Shown here: in pieces, positions 41,631 to 54,392 of the stretch
Layout of the letters: the number at the start of each line of letters is the position of its first letter
How positions within the stretch are numbered: the first letter of the stretch is position 1
Source: Epiperipatus broadwayi
Lineage: Eukaryota > Animalia > Onychophora
Direction of reading: 5' to 3'
Assembly (NCBI GenBank): GCA_028023455.1
Contig: JAQFVV010000003.1
Coordinates: 18,910,001 to 18,974,000 of the forward strand
DNA: 64,000 nt
Notes under the pieces: generated by a model
Databases searched by the model: none
What the model was told of the DNA's origin: nothing
The model's input: the letters and a program-made list of their open reading frames with translations, nothing else
Program-made: the position numbers and the translations under genes

Positions 41631-43787
41631 TGTTATGCTTTATTTTTGTTTGTCACGATTGTAAATATCTTATTAGAAAAAAAAATCATTCACACATTCT
41701 GCCTTCAAGAAAAACTCAACTGATTACAGTTTTTTGATTTGCCTATTGCATGAATCATTATAAAACTGTTTCATTATACAATTTATTTACAATTAAAATC
41801 TCATACTATAGCTCATTAGGAAGTAAAATATTTATTGAACTATCTTCTTTGCCAAGCAGATGTAGTTATTATGGACCATTGGCACCTTACAAATTCATGA
41901 ATCTATTGTAGATGTAAATCCAAACTCCCATAGAGCCATTTGGGGATCAACATATTTATTTATTAGTTATATATTTTAGTTGCTTAAGTACAACATTTAT
42001 GTAGTATATTTTAGATTGCCCAAATATTTAATGCATACGTGGTGAAAACCACGATTCATGATTTTATTTACTATATGTGGTTGCACAAATCTATGAGGTA
42101 TTTGCAGGCCAGCTAGCCCTACTCAGTTATATTTTCTATTATATTCATGATTACCCAAATCTGCAAGCTATTCAGTGAACAGCATTTATTTTACCATTAT
42201 ATTTTGGCCGTTTTTATTAGTTTTCCTTTACATTTGGCTCATCCAACAAGAAAATATTGCTATTCATGAGATAATGTTGCCTCCTTAGCATTGTTTATAT
42301 ATGTTTTAGAATAGTTTTCTTCACAATATATAATACCAAATGTTTATATCATTTTTATTAAAGTTTCAATAGCAAGCTACAATTGTCAATGCCTAAGCAT
42401 TCATTTTTTAATTGTGGTCTGATTGACAAGAGAGTCCTTGGAATTGGTAAATCTGCTTTTCCACTAGCTACTTAACATAGATAGTTCTGTATATACATAT
42501 TTTGAGAGTTTGGTGACTTTAAATAAATATGATCATTTTTAATTAATTGTATTGGATTTGAAGCCTTAAGCCAAGTAATTGTATTGATCTGATTTAGATT
42601 CACATTCAGAATTAAAACTTAGGCAGTTTAGTGTATTTTTGTTAGTCTTTAATTTTTTGTACAAATGGTATTTTGAACAAATAGATTTGGAACCTTCTAT
42701 CTTATTCTTTTGACTGACTTGAATGGATCAACAGATTCAAGATCATTGTGATCATCAGCTTATATAAATGGAATTTAACAGACAATGATCTATATAAATG
42801 TGGAATCTCTACTAATACTTTGTGATATTTTGTTAATAGTTAAACTGCCTACAAAAAAAAAAAAAATTATACCCTAAATAAATAATAGGCATCAAATGAA
42901 TTCTGCCTAAGTTTACTCTAATATTTATTTTTTAAAAATTAGATTGTGAACATAATCTTCAATCTAAATTTGACCACTGAAAATTTCTAGATTAAATCTT
43001 AAATTAGTATGGTTAATCTATAATGCAGACCGAACTAATTCTTTAGTAGAGTTGAGTAATTTTTAGATACTTTGTATATATGTGTGTGTAAATTGAAAAA
43101 TTTTCATATATAAAAAACATGTACTTTTAGGAAACTCATTATTTATGATTTAATTTTTTTTTTTTTAGTTTGATAGTATTGTCTGTATCCAGGTTTTTTT
43201 GAAAAAGTTATTGGTTTATCATGTATCTCCACAGTAAATTTTGAAGACAATCAGAAAACATTTTTGTTTCAGTGTATAACAATAAACCTGTGAAAATAGT
43301 AAAATAAAAACTAATGTTTTGATGTGATTATAAGACTTAATCTTAGCCTTGTGCTTCTATTAAATCATAGTGGAAAATTTTGCTATAATGAATTTCAGAA
43401 GTGTTACATATCTCAAGTAAAATGACCATTATTAATATTCTCTCTTTCTCTTCTTTTTTTTTTGTCCCTAGAAAAAGCTACAATATAAACAATACATAAA
43501 ATCATTAGACATTGTTCCATTATTTTGCACAATATTTTGAACTTATTTTAATAATGAAAAAAAATAATGTTTTTAAAAAAATAGATAAAACAGCCTTTAT
43601 ATAGTTCATTGTAGAACAATAAAGAAAAAGATGTTATTCACCAGGCTTGCGAATTATTGGACAGTGAGGATTTGAGTGTTTTTCCATTATTGTTTTACCT
43701 TCAATATTGGATAGTTTATTGGATTAATAGTAGACTTGCAACTGGAAAAAAAAAATCCTAAACCTGATTGGAACCAGAAAAAATTAT

Positions 43788-43860
43788 GCTTTGTCTAGTC
43801 TGGATTTAAACCAGTCATGGATTTGGAAGATAGATATGCTTCTCTTCTACCTAAGATCCA
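43788..43860 (-). pseudogene. tRNA-Gly(TCC)-like remnant or tRNA-derived SINE head
   Basis: The minus strand shows an anticodon-loop-like CTTCCAA and a T-arm CTGG-TTTAAAT-CCAG (TTCGAAT after CpG decay). The acceptor stem and D-arm are poor, so it is not a functional tRNA. Confidence 0.3.
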
Positions 43861-46338
43861 AAAATATATATAGCTAGTGAGAATATTGTTGTTATTGTTA
43901 ATATTATAATAAAAGTACCTTCTTTTTTTTTTTTTCAATGAAACTACATTTTTAAGAAAATAAAATTTTTGTTTTAAAAATTAAAATACATTGTTGATAT
44001 TTAATAAAAAAATAATTAAAATTATTACTGCTGTCTGTGGTTTTAATTCCTTATAATAGGCTTTTTAAAATACTTCCACCTCCATAAGAAAGGCTTCTAC
44101 AATGCCCCTCATATAGAAATAGTGAGAAGGCATTATTTACCAGGCTTGTCAACTGCCCAATAATGTAAGGATTTTAACAGTTTTGTATCTTTGCTTTAAA
44201 TCATTCTTGTTCTGAAAATTTTTGCTTGTACATTTTTGACACACACGGACACAGATGTATAAAAACATCATATGACTTAAGAAAGATTACTGCTATCAAA
44301 ATATTTTATTTTTATTAATAGTAAGGAAGTTTTATTTTAAATGTATATATTTTAACACAGACTTTTAAGTAAAAAATACAATTTTGCTTTTCGTAGAGTG
44401 TAAAAATAAATAAATCTGTACATGATTAATTTTGTTATTTAAACTAGAGTATTTAATGATAGATATTAGACAGAAAAAAAAAGGAGCAATTTTATGAAGA
44501 ACAAAAAAATCAGTTTTATTTCTTTATTGTCTAGTGGAAATTGAGAATGGGCTTTTAAAATTGGGAGTTGAATGATTTGTTACTGATATTATATATAGAA
44601 GGGCATAAAAACTAGCTGATTATTCTAGATAATTATGAAAATATGTTGTGACAAGTGAAGTAAGTTCTTGAGTTCATTTTCCCATTACTAAATGAAGCAG
44701 TGATAATTAGAAATAAGCAAATAAATAGTAATAAGTGGAGAGTGACTGAAAGAATAAGCTGCATATCTGTTCATGTGACTGATATTTGAGAGCTAATATA
44801 GTATTAATAAGACTTTTCTAGTAGTGATGAAGGTTGCCTCATATTTCAATTGCATTGTTGACTTTTACTGTTACTACAGCAACATTCATCTGATCAATCC
44901 AGATAAACCTAGGACCATTTCCCTCTAGCATATTAATCTAGGACTTTATCTTTTAGCTAATAGTTAGAAATACTTATTTATTAACCAAAACTAGTTACAT
45001 TGGATATGGCCCAGTACTTCATTGAGCAATCTATGTACATTTATGCTGAAGATATCTATCCTAATCAGAAAAAAATAAAATGAGCAGAAATGAGTGGTTT
45101 ATTACTCAGTTTTTTTTATATAATTGTAGTTATTAATTGTTAAATAATGAGTGCTCATAAAAAAATGAGATTGCAATTAAAATAAACATATGTTGAGCTC
45201 CCTAGATATTGAGAGTAAAAATTAGGGGATAAATATTCTATGTTGATAATGTATATTTGTATGAAAGAATTGAGAATTAGTGATTGTTGCATAATAAAAA
45301 AGATCATTAAAAATTGGTAATGAAATAATTTAATGACAATGATTGTGTTGATTTGAAAATATTGGAATATTATATATATATTTATAGCATTAAATTTTTG
45401 CTTAAGTAACATTTTCCATTGATATTGGAAAAAAGTTAACCATACATTCATTGCCCAGGCATTAAATACTCTCAAATAATCTTGAGTATTTGTACTTAAA
45501 TATCTAAACAAATTCACATCTATATTTTTGAAGAATACATTTTCTTTAAAATATCCATGTAATTGGTGCACAATGGGAAGTTGATGGTATTGTAGCACTT
45601 AATTTCATATTGATATGAGTGCTTTGTGGCTGATCACATGACATTCAAAGTTCTAACTGGCAGTTTGAATAGAATTGATTTTTTTAAAATCAGTCCAGAT
45701 ATTCTTAATTCCACCACCACTTAATTACCTCTTCACTTTAAAGTACACATGATGTACGGTATTAGTGTATGAATTACAAATTGACATTCAACGAAATTTT
45801 AGATCTTAACATATCAACAAATTTATTAAACATATTGATTTCAATTATAATATCTAATAATAATAAGGAAAAAAAATAAATGCTTATTTGTGATGATCAC
45901 TTGACTGTTTTCTTACTGGTCTGAATTAACTTTTGATCATATGCGGTTTTAACAATAGTAAATGTGGAGTTCATGTAGTTGTTTTTAGAAGTAATGTTGC
46001 AACCCTATTATTTTTCTTTTGCTAAAATATTTTGAGACTAACTCATAGATGTAATTGGACAATATATTAGAAGTAATCAACTATATAATGATTAAAACAT
46101 TGAATAATAAAAATGACTTGTTGTAGTCTTTAATATTTTATTTGATGTATTGAAATATCTTATACTACATTGGATGACAAAATATCATTTGCATTAAGTT
46201 TTTCAAATTAGCTTGTGATAAGATTTATCTTAAAAATTTTAAATCTGATGACCAAAAGATTTTTGGATTTTTATTTTTTTAATTGAGGTAAGATTATATT
46301 ACACTTATGATATTCTAAGTAGTATTTACTTTACTTCT

Positions 46339-46578
46339 TGTAATCATTGTAAACTCATTGCAAATGACTGTTAAAGAAAAGATAAATAATTTAAATTTAT
46401 ATTGCGCTATGCATGCTTTCGATAGAACACTACCAGAATCAAAGCGCTGTCTTATTTTGCAGTTGAAAAGTTGCACCTTTAAATGAATGCTCTATCACAA
46501 AATAAATTTTAAATTTAAATTAGGTTACCTTTTCGTAACAAACTCATTTGCATCAAGTTTATAATGATTACACTTATG
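46339..46578. mobile_element. Degenerate MITE with about 70-bp inverted arms
   Basis: tgtaatcattgtaaact..tgcaaatga..gaaaag.taa..aatttaaattt is mirrored at about 46500-46572. Confidence 0.65.
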
Positions 46579-49500
46579 ATATCATATTAGTTTAAAAAAA
46601 AGGTAATCTAATGATTTGTTACTTGAGAGCTTGGGCTACATTGAAGACTCAGCTGTACCTTGTTGAATTTTTAGAAAGTTTTAACCTAGAATATTTTGCT
46701 AAACATAATTGAATGGTTTTGCTTGGAGGTGATTTGGTATTTGTGTATCAGAAGTGAAAGGTAGAATTTCAGTCAAACAATCTTTAAATCACAAATCTGT
46801 TATTCCTCATTTTTACTTTATTAATTGAGATATAAGAATTGTTGTATTTGATTGATGCTACATTGGTGCTAACTATATGAGTGATTATCAAGATTCTTTG
46901 TATTATAGTTGTAGAGGTCAAATTTGAGAGCTAAAGGTTTATGGATTGCAGCTCAATCTTTCGCATTTGATGCTTGAACATTATATGATCTCATGAATTA
47001 TAATTATTCGATCATTATAGGAATAACAATTAAGATTAATAGTGTTCTGATAAATTTTTAACAATTGATTTGCTGGAAAAAATATATATTTATTATAAGC
47101 AATTCTAAGTAATATGTCAATAGAAACAAAAGATGAATATCTACATATATTATAATTAAGAATAACTGATTTAAATGTGATATTGTTATTCGATTGCAAT
47201 ACCTTTTTATCTAGTTATTCCAAATTGCTTTCAGATAGAAAACATATATATTATAACAGTATAAAAATGAAAGCAGTTTTAATTATCATCACGGCCCATG
47301 AATTGGGCAAGCCAAAAATCTCTTAATGGTATGAAAATGAATAGATCAACTAGTACTAGGAAATCTATAATGAAATAAAGTTGAATGTGCCATAATTAAT
47401 TTAGCAAATAACTCATATTTAATTACTAATTTTTTAATAGTATAAAATAGCTGTATACTTCAATTAATAATTTTATTATACTCTAATTGAAATACTAAAT
47501 GATACTAGCATGAAATATTTGTAAATTAATATTTAAAGAATATAAATTATAAAAATACTAATACTGTTGAGTGCTGATTTATTAATTTAAAAGAAATAAA
47601 TATAGTAATTTGACCAAGTAATATTTATTGAGACATTAGCCTAACTTTTTGTAATTAATAGAATTTAAAAACACTGCTAAAATAAAATAATAAATTAAGA
47701 TATTTTTATTTATTTATTTATTTATACTTTGACTAGCTAAATATTTAATATAGAAGTAGAATTATGCAGAGACTCTTTAAATTGATACCAAAATATAATG
47801 TAATGAATAAACCAGGAATAACTGTGAGATTTAAATAATAAAAATAAAATTTATTAACATAAAAAATATTTATATAAATAATAATATATAAATTGACAAA
47901 TGGAAAAAATAATTTAAAGGTATGTGTTGACAAAATTTCTAACTTGTGTATCTATGAAATGATATAAAGACAATGCACTAATAAACCAGAAAGAAAATAT
48001 TTGTATAAACAACAATAAATTAATCTTTAAAATGTATTTAAAAAAACAACTAAGTCTATTTTAGTTTGTTTCTTTTTTTTACAGTTATAAATGGAAGATG
48101 ACCAATTTTAATACAAACTTATACTTCCACAAAAGTACATGAATTATGCATTATTTTAAAATATGATTTGTTTATACTTATGTTTAAACTCTATTGCTTT
48201 TTAAATATATAAATAGTGAGACAAGCAAAACTTACTTTAAAATATTAGATAAAAATCAAGATTAATATTAAGAAAGATATCTAAATTTTGTTTTAAAATT
48301 ATCTAATTTTCTTTCTGGTTAGTTTATATTTATGTAATATAGACAAACGTACATTCTATATTAAACAAATATGTAAATAGATAAATATATATAATGAAAA
48401 CATACAATCTGGTTAATTTTTCCAAGAATCTTTGGATATTCTTTTAATAGATTATTTAGTTAAAATATTTATTAATATATAATAAACATAACAAAAAAAA
48501 AAATACTATAAGAAATTGTATTGTAGTTCATAAGTCCTGAAACTTCTTAATAATCTATGTGTAAAACAAAGATCGTTTTAATAAATATTATATTTGTTCA
48601 CCATATTCCAATGATGTAGTTCAAAAATAAAATTTTGTCTGATTAATGAAGTAAGCATTTTTAAATAATATATTCCATAGTGAATGCTTGTAATATTAAT
48701 ATTTCCATTTTCATATAATATTAGTACTAGTTAATTCTTTGATAAACTAAATCCTTTGGTAAAATTAATCAATAATGTATTTCAATTCGTAAACCCTTTT
48801 AATTATTTTATGACATACATATTGATTGCTGAGAGTATTTCATGTTCTTAGGTCTTATAATATATAATACTTTGAGATAATTTTATTCCAAGGTATTTCC
48901 AGATCTCTCAAAAGAAAATGTCTTTTGAAGCAAACTTTTTTTTTTTTAAGTTGTTAATTTTTTTTTTTACAATTCAACTATTAATTTTTATATAAAACAC
49001 ATTGACTTGCTTACTAAAAAGAACTCATTAAGAGAGAGAGAGAGAGAAAGCTTGATCTTAAAACATGGGCTTTTATACCCCTTTACTAATGACGAAACAT
49101 TGAGCTCATTGTCTCGGATATTGTTCCCCCCATAGTTTCATTAAAATGATGGCTACTATCACTTATAAAGAGTCAAATTTCATCCAACAATTTTTTTTTC
49201 AAATACAGCAGCATTCCTGGATTAAAAGTGTCTTTTAATTTTTTACATAAATAAACAGTTTGTAAAATAAATAATAATAATAAAAGCAAATTTGTATCTT
49301 AAAATACATCTTTTAAAATTATAATTTCAATAAAATAAATAAATATTCTTTATATATCTATTTATTTAATATAAAATATTCTATAAATCTTTATAATACT
49401 TATCAAAATAATTACATATAAATAATATTTGAAAATACATATAATTTTATATTATTTTAATCATATTTGCAATGCACATACACATGCAGCACATTAAATA

Positions 49501-50317
49501 ACAATTAACTGTTGTGTTTATTTATGTTTATGTATTACCTGTTAAATGTATAATGTATGCAGCAATAAAAATATTAAAAAATGAATATCAATACATATTT
49601 TAATCTATTCAATCTTTCTAATAATAAAATATTAACTTTATTACAATATATGATTTAATATGCAATTTGTCAAGAAAAATTAAAATGAAAAATCATGAAT
49701 GTCATATTTTATACTATGCTGTATTATCAATAACCATTTATCAATAATGTGAATCATTTGATCTTTTAAAACAATTGAAAAATAAGTAAGCCAACAAAAA
49801 AAATTTTTTTTTTTTTTTTAAAGAATATAATAATCTCAGGTTTGAATCTAGACCAAGATGGTACAATATATTATAACAAATGACATACAAAATGTCTTCC
49901 TTGGTTTTTGCTAACATTTTGTTGCCAATGTAGAGCTCCTGTTCACTTGTAATTTGGCATAACAGAGTTGTCTCAACCATGTCTTTTTTCAATCAATTAA
50001 TCATCATTAATTCAATATATAATATAATGTAAAATTATTTATTACCACATATAATTTATGTATATGAAATTATAAACAGTTTTCAACATCTGCATTACTG
50101 ATGCACATAAACTTTAATTACATCTTGTCTTTGAATCATTCAGGAATTAAAATATTTTTTGATTTGATATTTACCTAAAGGTAATTTTCCATTCTACAGT
50201 AATATCTTTTTCATATATGAGTTATAAGGACTAATTAAACTTTTAGTTAAATTGAACCATAATATTGTTCTATATGATGTGATTACCATTTCTTATGCTT
50301 GCTTATAACTGGTATTA

Positions 50318-50911
50318 AAACAGGCAAAACTCTATACGTATTGCCACTCAGTGCAAGCCAGAGTAATCAATAGATGCCAGAAGAACTTTGTGCATAAAAT
50401 CCCCATCTAGTGTCTACTCATCCAATATCCCCAGACTTGTTTCTGGCTTGTGGCCTTTGTCAGTGAGGAGCCTTGCATCTGAGAGCATAAGAAATGGTGA
50501 TGTTTATTAGCTTAAAACAAATCCCGCCTAATAGGATAAGTGGTAGCTATGGTTATTAAAGAACCAAAGACACCAAAATGTATAGGTACTGAACTTAGTT
50601 CAGACCTATATGACTATAAGCTAATGAGCTTGGATTGAAAATATTATGGTGTTTTCAATTTAAGACTCTTAGTTTTGTAGTTAAGTAGAGATAAAAGGTG
50701 ACTGTTGGAGGGTTGCATTAGATCCTAAGATCTAGGTGCAGTGCTCTCAGATCCAAGGCTCCTCGCTGATGGAGGCTACAAGTCAGAAACTAGTCTGGGG
50801 ATATTGGATGAGTAGGCACTAGTTAGGGATTTTATGCACAAGCCTTCTGGTATCCATTGATTACTCTGGCTTGCACTGAGTGGCAATACGTATAGAAAGT
50901 TTTGCCTGTTT
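50318..50911. mobile_element. Foldback MITE, family A, with about 170-bp inverted arms
   Basis: Arms 50318-50487 and 50742-50911 are reverse complements (roughly 90% identical by eye), with a 254-bp spacer and TA on both sides. Confidence 0.88.
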
Positions 50912-51029
50912 TATATTAATTATATTTTTATGTACATATGTGTGTGTGAATAATAATAAATTTGAAATAAGTAATAAAAACATATATTATAAGTTTTAAT
51001 AATTTTAATGGTATTCTAGGTAAATAATC

Positions 51030-51530
51030 AAAAGAGGATTCACTTTTGATTTAAATTGATTCATACAAATGCTACTATTAGGTGGTATGATTTCAATTTA
51101 CAATGCCTTTTTCTACTCTATACTTTGCTTGATTATATCATAGCTGAAATTTATCTTTAAAATATATAGAGAAATTCTGCTAAAATTATTAATATTTACA
51201 TGTGTAAAAGTCTATGAAAAATCTATCTGCAAATTTTTATGGGAGAGCCTTAATTGCGAAAATATTCAGGAAACTTATATTTCCATTGTAAAGTATTAAT
51301 GCTTGATCCTCAATTCTATGTAATGTAGGATTATAAACTAAAAATGGATTAATGTTTGATTTAAAATTGTTTAGACAAGATGTGAATTCAATTTACAGCA
51401 CTTGCTTTTAATTCATACTTTTATTTGCGTATACCATAACTGAAATTTATCTATAAAAGACAAAAAAATTCCATTAAAGTTATTGATATTCATATTCTAA
51501 AGCCCATGAAAAATTTTTCTAATTATTATA
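51030..51530. repeat. Old diverged direct duplication, period about 300 bp
   Basis: The blocks ggatt..tttgatttaaa..ttcaatttac..cata.ctgaaatttatct.taaaa..tatgaaaaat recur at about 51035 and 51345. Confidence 0.55.
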
Positions 51531-52149
51531 CTATATATGTTTTATTAATTAAACAAAAAAAAATTGCCAAAAGCTACATTCGCAATCATATGTAAATTAT
51601 GACACTTCCACTTCATCATGCCTAAACTCTGCAACTAAAAATTTCACTATTCATTGCCAAGGCAATGTTAAGTATTTCTATTTATACTTTATGTTGCCTT
51701 AACAATGGTTAATAAGATTTTTATCTAAAAGATTTAAGCTTCATAAGCTGGATGTGTAACAATTTTATTAGTTGTTTTTATATTTTGATGTTTATGTATT
51801 TATAAGTGTATGTGCTTAAATACATAACTATATATATATATATTAAAAGAGCAAAAATTTGGTTAAATCCTATATATTATTATTTGTTTAGCAAATGAAT
51901 TTTTGTTGACAACTTAATTATTAATAAAATATAAAAATAATTACAAAGATTGTAATCAGGAAATAATTTTATAACTGTCTTTATTAAGTCCTTCAATTTT
52001 GCCTCAGTAGCCATAGATTTGGCAATCATTCACCATATAGTTCATAGTTTGTATTTATTCATATTTACATATATCGTAACAAATAAATTATATTTATGAA
52101 GCAGATGAGCACAACAACCTTGAGTTGTTCTAAATATATTGAAACTCCA

Positions 52150-52990
52150 TTTGCATCTAGAAAGATCAAATGCAATGACTTTATTATTGGATTTGGAAAA
52201 ATAAATTTATTTGGAATATCATAAGAATTCTACTATTTATGTCATAATTCTTCAATTGAAGATTTTTGGTTGAACATTCAAACAAAGGGGATCTTGATTT
52301 GGACTGAATCTTATGTGTGAAATTATGTGAGTTATTGGCAAGTCCAATCCGCTTAACAGCTTTGTATCCATTTTCTGACAAGCAAATTCTGATATCTGAC
52401 AGAGAAACATATGAAAGAGCAGGAAGTCACTATAAAGAATTATCCAGAAATTTAGTGTGGGAACTTTTTCTTCAAACAGGAGCACTGTCTATACCAGAAA
52501 AAAATGTGACACTGTTAAGGAAGCCATGCACAAAGTGTTCGCATCACAATTTTAAGTCCAAGGAAGTTATTTCTAGAAATTAATTTTTAAATAAGAAAAG
52601 TTAGGCCATCATTCAATGTTACTCCTAAATAGCATGGGATAGGATTATGCTTCAGTCTGTTACTACAAAATGTTAGATCTAGATTATGGTATGATTCCCT
52701 GATATTTGCATACTGTTTTTATTTGAATAGGAAAAAAACTCGGTCTTTGAAAAATTTTCTAGTCCTTTCATATCTTGAGAAACTTTTCTATTTCAGGAAA
52801 GGATCTTTTTTGAAAAATTAAAGTAACATCATCAGCATAAATGAATATTCCTGCATTGTTTTGGGAAGATCCCTGTATACACTATTAAATGTGGCCAATA
52901 ATACTAGTGATATGTAATCTCATACTCTGACTATTCAATTTGATGATTTTTTCAGCTTTCTGCATGTGTTAGATATATACTTACATTAAG
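52150..52990 (-). mobile_element. Decayed RTEX-like LINE remnant
   Basis: Minus-strand FNSVYRDLPK..IFIYADDVTL followed by HNPIPCYLGVTLNDGLTF and ISRNNFLG. Confidence 0.6.
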
Positions 52991-53439
52991 AAAGGAACAC
53001 AACAAAACATTTTCATCAACTGTTTAAAATGGACAAAATTCCAAAAACAAATACATCAACAAAGTTAAAACAAGAAATGGATAATAAGGTTTACTTAGTT
53101 AAGAAAAAATTGGATAGAATGTAGGAACAAATTAAAATGTTATCAGACTTTATGATTTTTCATGGATCATGTTGAAGCAGAAATAATATGAAATGAGGTT
53201 GGATAATAAAAAAACAACTAAAGAGCTTGGATAATAGTTTTTGATTAAAAGTGCAATATTCAATTTAAAATAGAGAACAAACACTGTATATTTTATTGCA
53301 AAGATGTCTGATTGCACTACCATCTCTGAATCACTGCATGTGTTATGTAGTGATACAGTTTAGTTAGTTCCTACAAAAATCTGGAACACATAAAATATAA
53401 TAATGTGTTTCATTCCTTTGCAGAAAACCACCATGAAAT

Positions 53440-54392
53440 AATGCACCAACATTAAATTTTGTTTTAAATTGATCAACACTGCTATTTAAACATTTGAAAT
53501 GATTCAATTGTATGTATTAGTAAAACATATGAGTCACAAGAATGTTTTCAGGTGGTTTGCAAGATTTCAGGATAATAGAGAGAGCATTAAGAGCATCCCA
53601 CATTTGAGTCATCAGTAATAACTGGAAGAAAATGTGAAAAAAGTTACTGGAATTCTTTGAACTGACAGGTGAGTAACACTGTTCCTCTTATTTTAATGAA
53701 TGATTTGAGAAAATGGAAGATATATGCAAGCTTTGTACCTCATTTATTGACAATTGACCAAAAAGATATTAGGAGGATTGCATAAACATGCAAAGAACTG
53801 TACTTAGTGAATCAGAATTCTTGTTAAATATAATGGGTTATGACATATGATATTTCCAGTATGAGCCATCAACTGATTAGCAATATGTGGAATGGAGACC
53901 ACCAGAGAAGAAAACCAAAAAAAAATGTTAATGCTGGCAAAGAACCAAATAAAACATTACTGATTTTCACCACAAATATGTTCCTGAAGATCAGACAGTA
54001 AATGCTAACTATCATTTGATATTTTGGATCATTTGTGGACCAATTTTGTGCAAGTGATCTGAATACTGTGAATAGAGCTCTTGATCATTGTTGCCCAATA
54101 AACATCAAGCCACAATGCCAAGATTGTGCACAATTTTTGGCCTAAAAAATATTGGTGTGGGCATCCACCCTATTCTACTGATTTAATTCCCAGTGACTTT
54201 TGACTATTTCCAAAATTAATCCAGAAAATCGTGACAGAATTTCTAAAGTCAATTCCAGCAAAGAATTTTACAGACTACTTCAACTTTATAACTGTGTTCA
54301 ATGGAGTATTCAGTTACGCACAGAATAATTTGAATAAATCAGTAATAAAAACAAAACATTTGTTATTCACCTTTTTATTGGAATACACTGTG
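53440..54392 (+). mobile_element. Defective mariner transposon
   Basis: Broken frames VFRWFARFQDNRESI, FVPHLLTIDQK, YFQYEPST, HKYVPEDQTVNANY and HPPYSTDLIPSDF. The right TIR-like end is cacctttttattggaatacactgtg|TA; the left TIR was not found. Confidence 0.8.

Noticed and set aside
45155-45598. 147-aa minus-strand ORF
   Set aside because: AT-driven composition with no recognisable motif. It is probably a chance ORF or TE debris.
53650-53674. CAG|GTGAGT as a recursive splice site
   Set aside because: The polypyrimidine tract is weak, the site lies within the mariner remnant, and a U2 ratchet point does not fit a U12 donor/acceptor pair.
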